Assembly (NCBI RefSeq): GCF_001194135.2
Contig: NC_068988.1
Location: 8,274,072 to 8,310,513 of the forward strand
Source: Octopus bimaculoides
Taxonomy: Eukaryota
Length of the DNA stretch: 36,442 nucleotides
Reading direction: 5' to 3'
Shown here piece by piece: positions 20,888 through 33,219 of this stretch. The notes under the pieces were generated by a model. It made no database searches, was not told the DNA's origin, and saw only the letters and a program-made list of their open reading frames with translations. The translations under genes and the position numbers were made by a program. Position 1 is the stretch's first letter; each line of letters opens with the position of its first letter.

Positions 20888-23524
20888 TATACTAGCAAAG
20901 TCCCTGGGGTTTATGTATAACTAGGGATAAATCATACAAACACAACGTATGTATAAGATTAAGACTGCAACATTATGTTATGTGTAGAAACATAGAACTT
21001 AACCTACAACAAAGAATAATAACACTAATTCACTAACAGAGAATATTTGTGTGTAAAATCAATATGGCGAACTCTCTTGTTGTTGCCTTTTTACCTTTTC
21101 ATTTAATTTCATCTAAATTCTACGATAGTATTTTAATAGTTTCAATTCTAGCAGTTACCTTCAGATAAACTTCTTTCAAATATAATTTTCTAAAATACAC
21201 TGTCAGGGCAAGTTTGTTAGATTTTGGATACATGCTCTCCTTCAATTCCTCTGAAGTGAAGGAGGCAGTTTTTCTCTCTTTCCTGAAGAAGAACTTATGT
21301 TTGAAATACTACTAACTTGAGTAATTTTCCTTTTATAGAAATAAATATATACTTTACTGACACAGACCACCGCCAGGTCCATTGTATTCTCTCACAGGTA
21401 TAGATAGATAGAGAGAGAGGGGAGAGGGGGAGGGGGTAAAGGAATGTTGACTGTATTATCTGTTAATGTAGCTATAGCGACTTACCAGAAACGTTTCTGG
21501 ATGGCAATAGAGAACTAAGCTGAGTGTATTATTGAGAGAAGGGAATTGTTGTGATTATTGTTGTTGTTGTGTAACCCTAGGTTAGCCCTGAGCTGGACAA
21601 TCTTTGCTTTCAAAGCGTTTCAAACCATAACCACCAGCTCTTTAATTAGATTTACTTCGGAAATATTATACTCCGAACCATATTACACAATGTGTCAATG
21701 TATCTGGCAATCCGGAAGTAAGATGTGCTTTAAAGAAGATTTCAATGTTAATTAAAGCAGATTTAACAATAATGTAAAGGTGCCCTTCTGCTTGCAGACG
21801 GTTATTCGTAACATGCGATCAAATTCGGTAACCCGTTTCAATCGGATCTGTTTAAAGTGGGAGCTAGAGAAAAACGCTAGAGAAAGAGAGTTAGAGATGA
21901 ACAAAAACAATTAAAATTTTGGGGAAAACAATAGATCATATTGTTTTTTAAACAATATGATTTGAAATCCGAGATAATGGAGGTGGTTCTGTCTGCGTCA
22001 GCAACAATGGCACTAATTTCAAAAGAGATTCCGGGAGTGAATAATTTGATGTCAGTCTTTTACACTCTTCGGTAGAAATTAAACAGAAATCACTCTTATG
22101 TAGGTAAAATATATGTATGTATTTATGTGTATGTCTGTAAGTATATTTGCATATATGTATGTATTTACGTATGTGTGTATGCATCATGTATGTATGTATG
22201 CATGAATGAATGTGTGAGTGTATATGAAATAATATAACACTGTAGCGCATTGTTGTTGCTGTTGGTGGTGGTGGTCGTCGTCGTCGTCGTCGTGCTGGTG
22301 GTGGTGGTGGTGGTCGTGCTGATGGTGGTGTTCAGTATCCAGCTGCACGCTGATTAAACAGATCTATGATTAAAGGGGTTTTTTTGTGGTATGTGTTGTG
22401 AGGGTCTTTTTCAGATAAGTTGAAAGAATTTGATTTGCAACTTTTAGCAAATCAAACGAGATACTTCTTAACTTTTTTTTTTACTTTTTTTGCGTATTCA
22501 TAGGAATAATACATCGTCAGAAAACAGTGGAAATCAACAAAACACTGACCTACATATTCATTCTTACTACGTTCCGGCAGATATGAACGTGATTATACCA
22601 ATCGCTTCTGAATTTCGTCTACATGCACTCACAACACATTGAGTGCATTTGGAATTGCACATTACCACAAAGGAAACATCGTTCTCCAATAACGAAATAC
22701 ACCAGCGATTAGCATATTCAAGTTCGAATCCGCCAGAATGAATATGTATTTTATTGTCTTTATATGAATTTTTCGTCCTTACGAGAGATTGGGAGCGGGG
22801 AATGAACTGAGGAAAAGTGTTGGGAGTTTGTGAAAAAGGGAATTGGAGAAGAAAGAATGGGAGGTTAATGTTTAATGTGATTAATGAATAAGTGAGGCTG
22901 GCAGTAATAAAAATATGAACAAAAAGGAAAAAAAGGAAAGAAGTAGATATTTTCAATGATAACACAAATAGACAAAGAAAACAGGAAATGGTGTTCTAGA
23001 GACTGTTCTGGGAAGTCATTTGAAGATATACGAGAAATCTAGGTGGGAGATGGGGAGAGAGAGAGAGAGAGAGATGGGTAGATAGATATATAGAGAGAAA
23101 GAGATGGGTTGGCTGGTAGATATAGAGATAGGTAGACAGACGGACAGATAACTTGACAGATAGACAGGCTGACAGACAGACAGACAGACAGACAGATAAA
23201 TAGAATAGATAAGATGATTTGAAAGAAAGTGATTTTTTTATTAAAAAATGAAGGAGAAATAAAGGGTATATATAATCGTAGACAAAGAACTGAGGTCGCT
23301 AATGTTTAGAAAAACGACAATAATTTTGTTTTTTTCGGTTTGTGTTTCTAATTCCAGCCAAAGCGTTTGTACTTAAAATATTAATTTCTTAGCTACGCAG
23401 TTTACCATCTTTACTGACGAGCAGTTAGTTCTACCCGAAATATTAGACATTTTCATTCCTCACCCGTTTCCTCAGATTAACTAAAAGAAAAAGCGTAAGT
23501 TAGTGTTTAATACATTTAATGTGT

Positions 23525-23905
23525 TGTTGGCACTCCGTCGCTTACGAAGTCGAGGGTTCCCGTTGATCCGATCAACGGAACAGCCTGCTCGAAGAAATTA
23601 ACGTGCAAGTGGCTGAGCACTCCACAGACACGTGTACCCTTAACGTAGTTCTCGGGGATATTCAGTGTGACACAGTGTGACAAAGCTGACCCTTTGAATT
23701 ACAGGCACAACAGAAACAGGAAGTAAGAGTGAGAGAAAGTTGTGGTGGAAGAGTACAGCAGGGTTCGCCACCATCCCCTGCCGGAGCCTCGTGGAGCTTT
23801 AGGTGTTTTTGCTCAATAAACACTCACAACGCCCGGTCTGGGAATCGAAACCGCGATCCTATGACCGCGAGTCCGCTGCCCTAACCACTGGGCCATTGCG
23901 CCTCC
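23525..23905 (-). mobile_element. SINE family A, full copy with 13-15 bp TSD
   Basis: ACATTTAATGTGT at 23512-23524 and 23908-23920. Confidence 0.93.
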
Positions 23906-24182
23906 ACACATTTAATGTGTGAGCTGTTAAAAAGCTAACCAGATTGGTTTTACAGTTGGGAGGATTTTAACCCTAGGCCTGCTCAATCAAGGCTAAAATT
24001 CAGCTAAAATACAATCGTCATCACCACACACATTCATCATCATCATCAACATCATTATCAGTACCATCATCGTCATTAATTTCTCTTCTCTCCTTCTCTC
24101 TCTTTCTTTTTCTATCCCTCTGTCTATCTCTTCCGCATTTGTTTTTCTTTCTCTCTCTATCTCTCCCTCTTTATCTTCTTAG

Positions 24183-24283
24183 GTTCAATAGAAGAAGGTT
24201 ACCATGACAGTAATCCGTACCACAATTCCTTGCACGCAGCTGATGTTACCCAGGCAATGCATTGCTACCTGAGAGAGAAAGAG
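24183..24283 (+). CDS. PDE7: PDE7 exon 5: [33 protein letters not shown] (catalytic His and first metal-ligand His)
   Basis: Acceptor TTATCTTCTTAG, donor GTAAAA at 24284; 101 nt. Contains NPYHNxxHAADVTQ. Confidence 0.97.
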
Positions 24284-24289
24284 GTAAAA

Positions 24290-24318
<29 letters not shown>

Positions 24319-24324
<6 letters not shown>

Positions 24325-24568
24325 TGGCCAAAAGTCACCCGACAGTAAATCAAAATTCCATAATACTTCATATTCAATTTTATTTATTCAATCCAATTAT
24401 GGATGTTTAATAATTGAATTCTGTGAGTTAAAATCACCGTTTTTGTTTTGTTTTGTTTTTTTCAACATTTGTCTATTTATTAGCGAAGTCAAATATAAAA
24501 TACTTTTTTGTTTTAATCTTGGAATTAAAGGTTTTGATTTACTGTCAGGTGACTTTTGGCCAACATTG
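24319..24568. mobile_element. Tc1/mariner-type MITE, 250 bp, 37-bp TIRs
   Basis: CAGAGTTGGCCAAAAGTCACCCGACAGTAAATCAAAA (24319-24355) and its reverse complement at 24532-24568 (3 mismatches). TA follows on the right; the left flank is (CA)n. Confidence 0.85.
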
Positions 24569-24574
24569 TATATA

Positions 24575-24889
24575 TTGAGTTGGTGNNNNNNNNNNNNNNN
24601 NNNNNNNNNNNNNNNNNNNNNNNNNNNNNNNNNNNNNNNNNNNNNNNNNNNNNNNNNNNNNNNNNNNNNNNNNNNNNNNNNNNNNNNNNNNNNNNNNNNN
24701 NNNNNNNNNNNNNNNNNNNNNNNNNNNNNNNNNNNNNNNNNNNNNNNNNNNNNNNNNNNNNNNNNNNNNNNNNNNNNNNNNNNNNNNNNNNNNNNNNNNN
24801 NNNNNNNNNNNNNNNNNNNNNNNNNNNNNNNNNNNNNTGTTGAATAAAATTTGTTGAAAAAAAGCCGCAATAATTATCCACCAACCCAA
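24575..24889. mobile_element. Mariner (Hsmar1/MADE1-like TIR) MITE spanning a gap
   Basis: The left end is TA|TTGAGTTGGTG[gap]. The right end reads TA|TTGGGTTGGTGGATAATTATTGCGGCTTTTT on the minus strand, resembling the Hsmar1 TIR TTAGGTTGGTGCAAAAGTAATTGCGGTTTT. Confidence 0.7.
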
Positions 24890-24896
24890 TATATGT

Positions 24897-24937
<41 letters not shown>

Positions 24938-24964
24938 TTGTATAGACATATATATATATAATGT

Positions 24965-25329
24965 GGAGGCGCAATGGCCCAGTGCTTAAGGCAGCGGACT
25001 CGCGGTCGTAGGATCGCGGTTTCGATTCCCAGACCGGGCGTTGTGAGTGTTTATTGAGCAAAAACACCTAAAGCACCACGAGGCTCCGGCAGGGGATGGT
25101 GGCGAACCCTGCTGTACTCTTTCACCACAACTTTCTCTCACTCTTACTTCCTGTTTCTTTCTGCCTGTATTTCAAAAGGCCAGCCTTCAAAAGCCTTTCC
25201 CAGAGAACTACGTTAAGGATACATGTGTCTGTGGAGTGCTCAGCCACTTACACATTAATTTCACGAGCAGGCTGTTCCGTTGATCGGATCAACTGGAACC
25301 CTCGTCGTTGTAATCGACGGAGTGCCGTA
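24965..25329 (+). mobile_element. SINE family A, full copy with 7-bp TSD
   Basis: ATAATGT at 24958-24964 and 25330-25336; has an internal variant segment near 25155-25200. Confidence 0.9.
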
Positions 25330-25981
25330 ATAATGTATACACGTAGAACGTACCATACTCACACGTATACACATGTGCGCATACACTCACACACACATCA
25401 AATGGCTCCCACATTAGGAATGGCCGAGCGGTTAAGAAACTTGCTTTGCAATCGCATGCCTTCGGGTTCAGTCCCACTTCACGGCACCATAGGCAAGTGT
25501 TTTCTACTAAAGTCCCGAACAGATCCTTATGAGTGAATCATGAATCTGATAGACGGAAACTGCGTGGAATACTGTGTGGAGCCTCGTCATATAGATTTAT
25601 GCATATATGTCTGCCTTAGTGTGTTTGCTTGTCTGTCTGTGTGTGTGTGTGAGTGTGTACGTGTGTGTATCACCCACCGCTTGACAACCGGTATTGGTTT
25701 GTTTGTGTCTCCGAAACCTAAGTGGCGGCTTTAAATATAGGTACTGGAGTCGATTCGCTCGAGACGGCGCCCCTCCATCCAATAACTGAAAAATAATTCA
25801 AAAATAAAACATGAACTACATTAAACACTTTCCATTATTATGCAAATAACCGACGTCTTAAATATTTATTCATTTAAAGAATATCCATAAAAAATAACAT
25901 CTTTTCCGTCACATGAAAAATCCATCACGTTTTATATTTTAGCTGATTTAATTCCTTTAATTTTAGCAAAGTAATTTAAAA

Positions 25982-26548
25982 ATACAGAAATAATTTATTC
26001 TTAAACGCATGATGGTTGGCACTCCGTCGGTAACGACGAAGAGGGTTCCAGTTGATCCGATCAACGCACCAGCCTGCTCGTGAAATTAACGTGCAAGTGG
26101 CTGAGCACTCCACAGACACGTGTACCCTTAACGTAGTTCTCGGGGAGATTCAGCGTGACACTGTGTGTGACAAGGCTGGCCCTTTGAATTACAGGCACAA
26201 CAGAAACAGGAAGAAAGAGTGAGAGAAAGTTGTGGTGAAAGAGTACAGCAGGGTTCGCCACCATCCCCTGCCGGAGCCTCGTGGAGCTTTAGGTGTTTTC
26301 GCTCAATAAACACTTACAATTCCCGGTCTGGGAATCGAAACCACGATCCTACGACCGCGAGTCCGCTGCCCTAACCACTGAGCCATTGCGCCTCCAAACG
26401 CATGATAATGCTAATAAAATAGCATAAACAGGATAAAGTATCCATATATTGGCTGGCCGGTAACGAATTTTCCTGCAGAATATAGTTTATCCTGTTCATA
26501 CTATTTTATGAGCATTATCATACGTTTGAGAATAAATTATTTCTGTAT
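25982..26548. repeat. ~175-bp fold-back element whose left arm is interrupted by a SINE
   Basis: With the SINE and one TSD removed, the 63-bp left arm (25982-26013 plus 26407-26437) is the reverse complement of 26486-26548 with 5 mismatches; spacer 48 nt. Confidence 0.85.
26014..26395 (-). mobile_element. SINE family A, full copy with 11-bp TSD
   Basis: AAACGCATGAT at 26003-26013 and 26396-26406. Confidence 0.93.
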
Positions 26549-26688
26549 CTTTCAATACATCTAAAAGGCTTATAAAGCAAACTTTGTTGACTTTCATCGT
26601 AAAGTTGAATCTAATTTAATTTTAGCCAACGTTTTAATTTTTTCCTTTCTAAGAAATGTCTCTTTCTGTCTTTTTTTGTCTTTTGCAG

Positions 26689-26820
26689 TTATATAATTGT
26701 GTTCTTCCAATAGAAGCAATGGCAGCTCTTTTTGCCTCTATGATGCATGACTTGGATCATCCTGGAGTGAACCAAGCTTACCTCATAGCAACAACTAATG
26801 TCTTAGCATCTCTTTATGAA
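26689..26820 (+). CDS. PDE7: PDE7 exon 6: [44 protein letters not shown] (HD metal-binding motif)
   Basis: Acceptor TTTTGCAG, donor GTAAGT at 26821; 132 nt, phase 0/0. Contains [10 protein letters not shown]. Confidence 0.97.
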
Positions 26821-28709
26821 GTAAGTTATTCCATTTTAATCTTAATCTTTCCCTACCCCATTCCGGGGAGACGGGTTAATAAAATGAAGCAGTAAGGGTT
26901 CGGTTTAATGGAGGCGCGTGGCTTAGTGGTTAGGATGTTGCACTCATTATCGTGAGACAGTGGTTTCGGTTCCTGGACTGGGTAATGCGTTGTGTTTTTG
27001 AGCAAAACATTCCAGTTCCTGTTGCTCGGGACCCTCAAGAGTCGGGTAATCCTGCGACGAATCGGCGCCCCGTTGAGAATGAGGTGGGGAGTACATATGC
27101 CGGAGAATTCGGGAAACCACTATATAGTTCGGGATTTAGAACTCTTGGGGACCGGAGTGGGGGGGGATTCGAATTAATCAGCTAACCTTTGTTATTTTCC
27201 GTACAACTTAGCGGTTCGGCAAAAGAGACCGGTAGAGTAAGAACTACACTATTGGAGATGATTTGTTCAATTTAACCCTTCAAGTCGGTGCTCCGGTATG
27301 GCCACAATCTAATGACTGAACCAAGTAAAAGATAAAGGATGACCTCTCCCATCAAATATGTAACCTCGTGTCTATGTTGGAGATCTACACACTGCTAATA
27401 AAAACCAATTACAGGGTCAGTCCAGATGACCACCCCGCTGAAGTTCTTTCCATTTCATTTGTGGGAAAAAATCACATGTACCGTCATTCTATAAATCTAG
27501 TTTTGCCTCCAGTGTCCATTCATCCATTTCCTCCACCCACTATTTTCTGGAGGGTCATGGGGGAAAAGTCCTCGGGGAGCCCCCCCCCCCCCAAGGGTCC
27601 TATCAGAAGCATCCGTTGTTACAATCTCGGGCTGGATTCTCAAGGATAACCAAGGATATTATCAAGGATATTATCCAATAATCTTGCTTGTGATCTTAAT
27701 CCTAGGTTTTCCGCCGCTTGACCCGGCTTCAAAAATCCGTTTTGCGATTCTTTCCCTTGCTCTCCTATTTAACATTATCCCAGAAACCTGGACAAATTTC
27801 TTCAAGGGATACCAGATAAGCCATCTATACCTGCGAACATCTCAGTCAACAATTCTTTACTGGAATAGATCATGATGCCACAAAACGTGACTTAAAAGTG
27901 ATTTAACAGATCCTATCAGGTGGTGTTATTAAGTTAGACATGGCTTGAACTTTTGGCCGGAACAAATCTGTTTATCTAAGAGGCCAGACTGAAAATTTAC
28001 TTCAATGCTGATGTACTATTGTAATGTGAAAAACGAAATGTGAAAAACCGACTAACTTGATAGGCAGGCCTACAGAACTATCGATATCAAAATTTCGTAG
28101 ACTTAAGTCTGAGAATCTAAGCTGGAATCCTATCGCCTCAGTGTTGATGTATAATTAAAGAGTGGAATTTTGTCAGGCAGGTCATAGGATGTATATAGTG
28201 ACGGTTTATCGATAATGTTTTCATCCTATTTAACTTATCGTTCATAAATATCTGAAATGATATGATTACTGAAATGAATTGTAATTTTAACGGAGCTCAT
28301 GAAGAAAGGTTATTTTTAGTGTTCAATCGAGTGGGAAAGGCAAGTCTCAGGAATCTTTTATAGAGACTGGACGGGGACTTGAGATACGATGAATGTATAA
28401 GAGGCAGCACGAGACTAAGATGGCGATCCATGGTGTTCAACTTGCAGAGAGCAGACGATAACAGGAGAAGGGGTAGCAGGAGGGGCAGTCTGAAGGGGAA
28501 ACAGTAGCGGGGTGAAAAGGAGGAGTAAGGGTAATGATGATGATGGTGATGATGACGATGACACACGATGACAATGAAAATGTGGTGGTGGCGGTGACGG
28601 TGGTGGTGATGAGCGAGGAGATTAATTAACGACAGGAAATAGGTTAGCAAACATTACCTTTACGAGGTGGTCCGAAACAAATGGAGAAGAATCCACTCTT
28701 CATGGCTTT

Positions 28710-28800
28710 GCTGGTTGTTGTTTCTTTTAGCCACCGATCTATGCCGATCGAGCAGATTTACGACCAATAATATTCCAGCCGTGACCATCCCGTCGTTTTG
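28710..28800 (+). repeat. Short ~90-bp repeat that follows (TTG)n (family F); copies also at ~4110-4205 (opposite strand), ~16050-16120, ~21560-21635 and ~22330-22380
   Basis: Degenerate shared string GTTTAG(C/T)C..GGT..(G/C)CTGATCGAGCAGA..TATGA(T/C)CAA..TTCCAGCCGTGACCATCCC; probably the 3' end of a retroposon with an (AAC)n tail. Confidence 0.55.
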
Positions 28801-28951
28801 AAAGATATACACACATGCGTACATATATATGTATATGTATGTATCTACCTGTCTATATAAATATGTATATAACCTTTCGAAATTAACGTGACTTTTCTAT
28901 TTAATATTTATTTCTATTTACTTTATTTTATTTTATTTTTGTTGATTTCAG

Positions 28952-29043
28952 AATTCCTCTGTTCTTGAAAACCATCATTGGAGGTCAGCCGTTGGTGTGC
29001 TACATGAATGCGGAATCTTCGACCATTTTGATGCACATCAATG
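28952..29043 (+). CDS. PDE7: PDE7 exon 7: [30 protein letters not shown](W)
   Basis: Acceptor TTGATTTCAG, donor GTGAGC at 29044; 92 nt. Contains the SVLENHH motif. Not in the ORF track. Confidence 0.96.
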
Positions 29044-29304
29044 GTGAGCGCTGATGTAGGACATCCTTTTTGTGCATCGCACCTTGAAGCCAGGTTAGCA
29101 CTTGCTGACTGGGTCCCCGCTCTCAAGGGACCATCTCTTGTCTATCACTGGCTTACGTAACCACACAGGTCTATATACAGATAGAAATATAGTCACCAAC
29201 GAAACCGATACGTTATGGATGCTTTATTTTTTATCCCTTACGCCTCTTTGTTTTTTTGTTTTTTTGTTATTGTAATCAGTTCCATTTATTTTAGTTTTTA
29301 ATAC

Positions 29305-29310
29305 TGAGTG

Positions 29311-29357
<47 letters not shown>

Positions 29358-29532
29358 ATGTGTATGTATGTATATGTATATGTGTGTATGTATATATATA
29401 TATGTGTATATGTGTGTGTGTGTGTGTATATGTATGTATATGTGTGTGTGTGTATATGTATGTATATGTATATATATGTGTATGTATGTATATGTATATA
29501 TATGTGTATGTATGTATATGTATATATGTGTG

Positions 29533-29609
<77 letters not shown>

Positions 29610-29763
29610 CATGCTAAACCACGAATAGATTATCCTATCTCATAAATGCAAAAACAGTGATACACACAGGCCATGCACAAACGCGAACACATACATATAT
29701 ACATATATACATACATGAATAGATATATGTGCATGTACATCATGCATGTATATATGTACGTAT

Positions 29764-29800
<37 letters not shown>

Positions 29801-29920
29801 CATACACGCAAAAATGTGTGTGTGTATTTACATATATATAAACATACAAATATACAGACATGTGTTTATAAGTGTGTGTGTGTGTGTATTCGTTTGTATG
29901 AATGTATGTGTGAGCGTGTG
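29305..29920. repeat. Compound (TA)n/(TG)n/(TATG)n microsatellite tract
   Basis: Seen directly. Similar tracts occur at 1-260, 640-810, 2575-2690, 6120-6420, 14495-14899 and 23050-23200. Confidence 0.95.
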
Positions 29921-30153
29921 TGTATTGGAGGTATCGTATCGGAAACAGAAAAATTGATATCATATTCGTAATCACTAACCAGAGAACTACAAAAATTGAC
30001 ATAATCAATTCCTCAGTCTAAGAAATAGTTGCATTTTATTGAAGAATTACAGATCTTTGATGAGAGAATCGAAAAGAAGCAAGACTTAAATCTCTAATTT
30101 TCAAAAATGAATGTGATCTTTGTAATCAGCGAACCCCCGCTCCTAGAAAAATA

Positions 30154-30507
30154 CAGTGATACCTCGCAGTACGAGTTTAATTCGTTCCATGACCAAGCTT
30201 GTCTTACGATTTACTCGTTTAACAAATCAATTTTCCCCATTGAAGTTAGCTAAAATATAATTAATCCGTTCCAGCCCTTCAAAACCACTCAAAAATGATT
30301 TTTTATGGGTTTTAAAACAGAAAAAGCATAGTTACAAGTAAAATGACAATTATAGAACAGAGAATGCAAAAGAAATATATGTAAACTGGTTTTATTAACT
30401 GATTTACCTTAAAAATGGGACGATTTGTGTTCTCGTACTGCGGATTTCCGCTCGTACTTCAAGACAAAAATTCGCACGAGTCTCGGCTCGTACAGCAAAT
30501 TACTCGT
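30154..30507. mobile_element. Tigger/pogo-like DNA transposon end running into a gap
   Basis: TA|CAGTGATACCTCGCAGTACGAGTTTAATTCGTTCC terminus, plus repeated CTCGTA subterminal motifs at 30440-30507. Confidence 0.5.
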
Positions 30508-32012
30508 NNNNNNNNNNNNNNNNNNNNNNNNNNNNNNNNNNNNNNNNNNNNNNNNNNNNNNNNNNNNNNNNNNNNNNNNNNNNNNNNNNNNNNNNNNNNN
30601 NNNNNNNNNNNNNNNNNNNNNNNNNNNNNNNNNNNNNNNNNNNNNNNNNNNNNNNNNNNNNNNNNNNNNNNNNNNNNNNNNNNNNNNNNNNNNNNNNNNN
30701 NNNNNNNNNNNNNNNNNNNNNNNNNNNNNNNNNNNNNNNNNNNNNNNNNNNNNNNNNNNNNNNNNNNNNNNNNNNNNNNNNNNNNNNNNNNNNNNNNNNN
30801 NNNNNNNNNNNNNNNNNNNNNNNNNNNNNNNNNNNNNNNNNNNNNNNNNNNNNNNNNNNNNNNNNNNNNNNNNNNNNNNNNNNNNNNNNNNNNNNNNNNN
30901 NNNNNNNNNNNNNNNNNNNNNNNNNNNNNNNNNNNNNNNNNNNNNNNNNNNNNNNNNNNNNNNNNNNNNNNNNNNNNNNNNNNNNNNNNNNNNNNNNNNN
31001 NNNNNNNNNNNNNNNNNNNNNNNNNNNNNNNNNNNNNNNNNNNNNNNNNNNNNNNNNNNNNNNNNNNNNNNNNNNNNNNNNNNNNNNNNNNNNNNNNNNN
31101 NNNNNNNNNNNNNNNNNNNNNNNNNNNNNNNNNNNNNNNNNNNNNNNNNNNNNNNNNNNNNNNNNNNNNNNNNNNNNNNNNNNNNNNNNNNNNNNNNNNN
31201 NNNNNNNNNNNNNNNNNNNNNNNNNNNNNNNNNNNNNNNNNNNNNNNNNNNNNNNNNNNNNNNNNNNNNNNNNNNNNNNNNNNNNNNNNNNNNNNNNNNN
31301 NNNNNNNNNNNNNNNNNNNNNNNNNNNNNNNNNNNNNNNNNNNNNNNNNNNNNNNNNNNNNNNNNNNNNNNNNNNNNNNNNNNNNNNNNNNNNNNNNNNN
31401 NNNNNNNNNNNNNNNNNNNNNNNNNNNNNNNNNNNNNNNNNNNNNNNATTTACATGCATATAAATTGCTATTTGAAATGAAATAACAGCTAACTGGTGAT
31501 TAAAACTCCATGTGAATCCACTTATATCCGATTTCCAATCAAACATAATTTGTCCTCCCGTTTTCTTTTGGGCTTATTTGCATTTAAATAAATTACAGAG
31601 AGTATATCCAAGACCGGACTAAAACAGAAGATTCGGTTAAACTTTTTATTATAACACGATAAAGTATATACTCTTTACATGTGTTTCGCTAGCGTATACG
31701 AGTATGTTGTACGGGAATCGTTACATAATCACTTTATAACGCCAGATCTTCAGAAGAAAATAGTAATTTGATCTATTGTTAATTACCAACCTCAGTTTGT
31801 AAGGAAAGTAAAATGATCACTGTGTGTAAATTTAGTAGAAATTTATATTCTATGAGTCTAGTAGCTATGATGAATATTATTCACTGGCTGATTAAATGTG
31901 TCAAGATCGAAAGATAACTTTTGTTTTTACCAGTTTTAAAGACAAAACGACAAAGTTCACTTCCAACGGCATTGTCTTTATTTCCCAAACATTTCAATTG
32001 GGCATAATTATT

Positions 32013-32231
32013 GCGAGCTGGCAGAATCGTTAGCACGCTGGACAAAATGCTTAGCGGTATTTTGCCTGTCGCTATGTTCTGAGTTCAAATTCCGCCAAGG
32101 TCGACTTTGCCTTTCTTCCTTTCGGAGTCGATGAATTAAGATAAATTAAGTGAAGCACTGGGGTCGACGTAATCGACTCATCCCCACCTCCCCACAAATT
32201 TCGGGCCTTGTGCCTATGATAGTAAAACGGG
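32013..32231 (+). mobile_element. SINE family D with 11-bp flanking direct repeat
   Basis: Head GCGAGCTGGCAGAATCGTTAG..GAGTTCAAATTCC; TAATTATTGCG at 32005-32015 and 32232-32242. Confidence 0.8.
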
Positions 32232-32754
32232 TAATTATTGCGTTACCTTCCTTGCTTCTCATTAGATTTTAAACACCCACTACAAGAAGTTCTGACGTCT
32301 AAATACTTGGATAATCTCATTTAATCGAAGTTCTTTCAATTCCACTCTATTATATATGTGAGATTCTATCGTATAATGTCTGTGGCACGCAGAAATGTCC
32401 CTCGAGGGGTTTTTCTTCAGCCTCCTTCAGTGCTATCAAAATGCAGACATAAGCGTTGGCCTGACCTTTTCAGACCTTTTCGTGTGCCACTAGTCTATCG
32501 CATTAGAACCGCAACCATATTTGAACGACTTAATTGCCTAATTGATCTCCCCACCCACACCAACTTCCAGACAAAATTTACCATTTGATATTTGTCAAAA
32601 TAAACATTATTGATTTTTTTTTTCTGTTCTTTAGTGCTACTAAAAATCTTTTGTTATTTTGTTATTTTGTCGTGTGTATTTTCATTTATAATTCTTTTTC
32701 AATTGCTTCTCTATCTCTATTCCCCCCTTTTTTTTCCTTTTTCTTGCAACTTAG

Positions 32755-32836
32755 GGGTCTTCTTGAATGGCAGCTGAAGTCTTTGATTCTGGCTACAGAT
32801 ATAACCAGGCAGCAAGAATTTATCCGGAAATTCAAG
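32755..32836 (+). CDS. PDE7: PDE7 exon 8: (W)GLLEWQLKSLILATDITRQQEFIRKFK
   Basis: Acceptor CTTGCAACTTAG, donor GTTGGA at 32837; 82 nt. The first G completes the TG+G Trp codon; contains the LILATD motif. Confidence 0.95.
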
Positions 32837-32888
32837 GTTGGAGTTTATTTAAATGTATTTTGTGTGTGCATATCATATGTATATTATA

Positions 32889-32925
<37 letters not shown>

Positions 32926-33219
32926 ATATGCATATTATAATATATGTGTGTATGTGTATGTATGTTTGTATATGATGATGATCATTGCCTCATCCTGTCA
33001 GATGTAAGCTGTCTCACTCTCAGCCTGATTATTCTGGTTTATTTCCTTCCTTACATATACGCGGATATAACTCTTCGTGCCACGCATCCATCGCCAATAA
33101 GACATTATAAGATACAAACCGGATCAAGAAATGAAACGATTGTGAGACGACATCTGTACATTAGAAAATTACTATTTTTAAATCTCACAGAGAGAGATAT
33201 TCAGTAACAGTACTTTGTA

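Noticed and set aside
21283-21330. CTGAAGA-A-GAAC-TTAT-GTTT-GAAA hammerhead-like string
   Set aside because: The core and stem II are plausible, but I could not build stem III with a UH site or a stem I. At best it is a badly decayed relic.
23414-23450. CTGACGA..CTACCC-GAAA-TAT hammerhead-like string
   Set aside because: Stem II does not close, and stem I is mismatched at its first pair.
27640-27682. Short tandem CAAGGATA(AC/TTAT) repeat
   Set aside because: Only three degenerate units; consistent with ordinary slippage.
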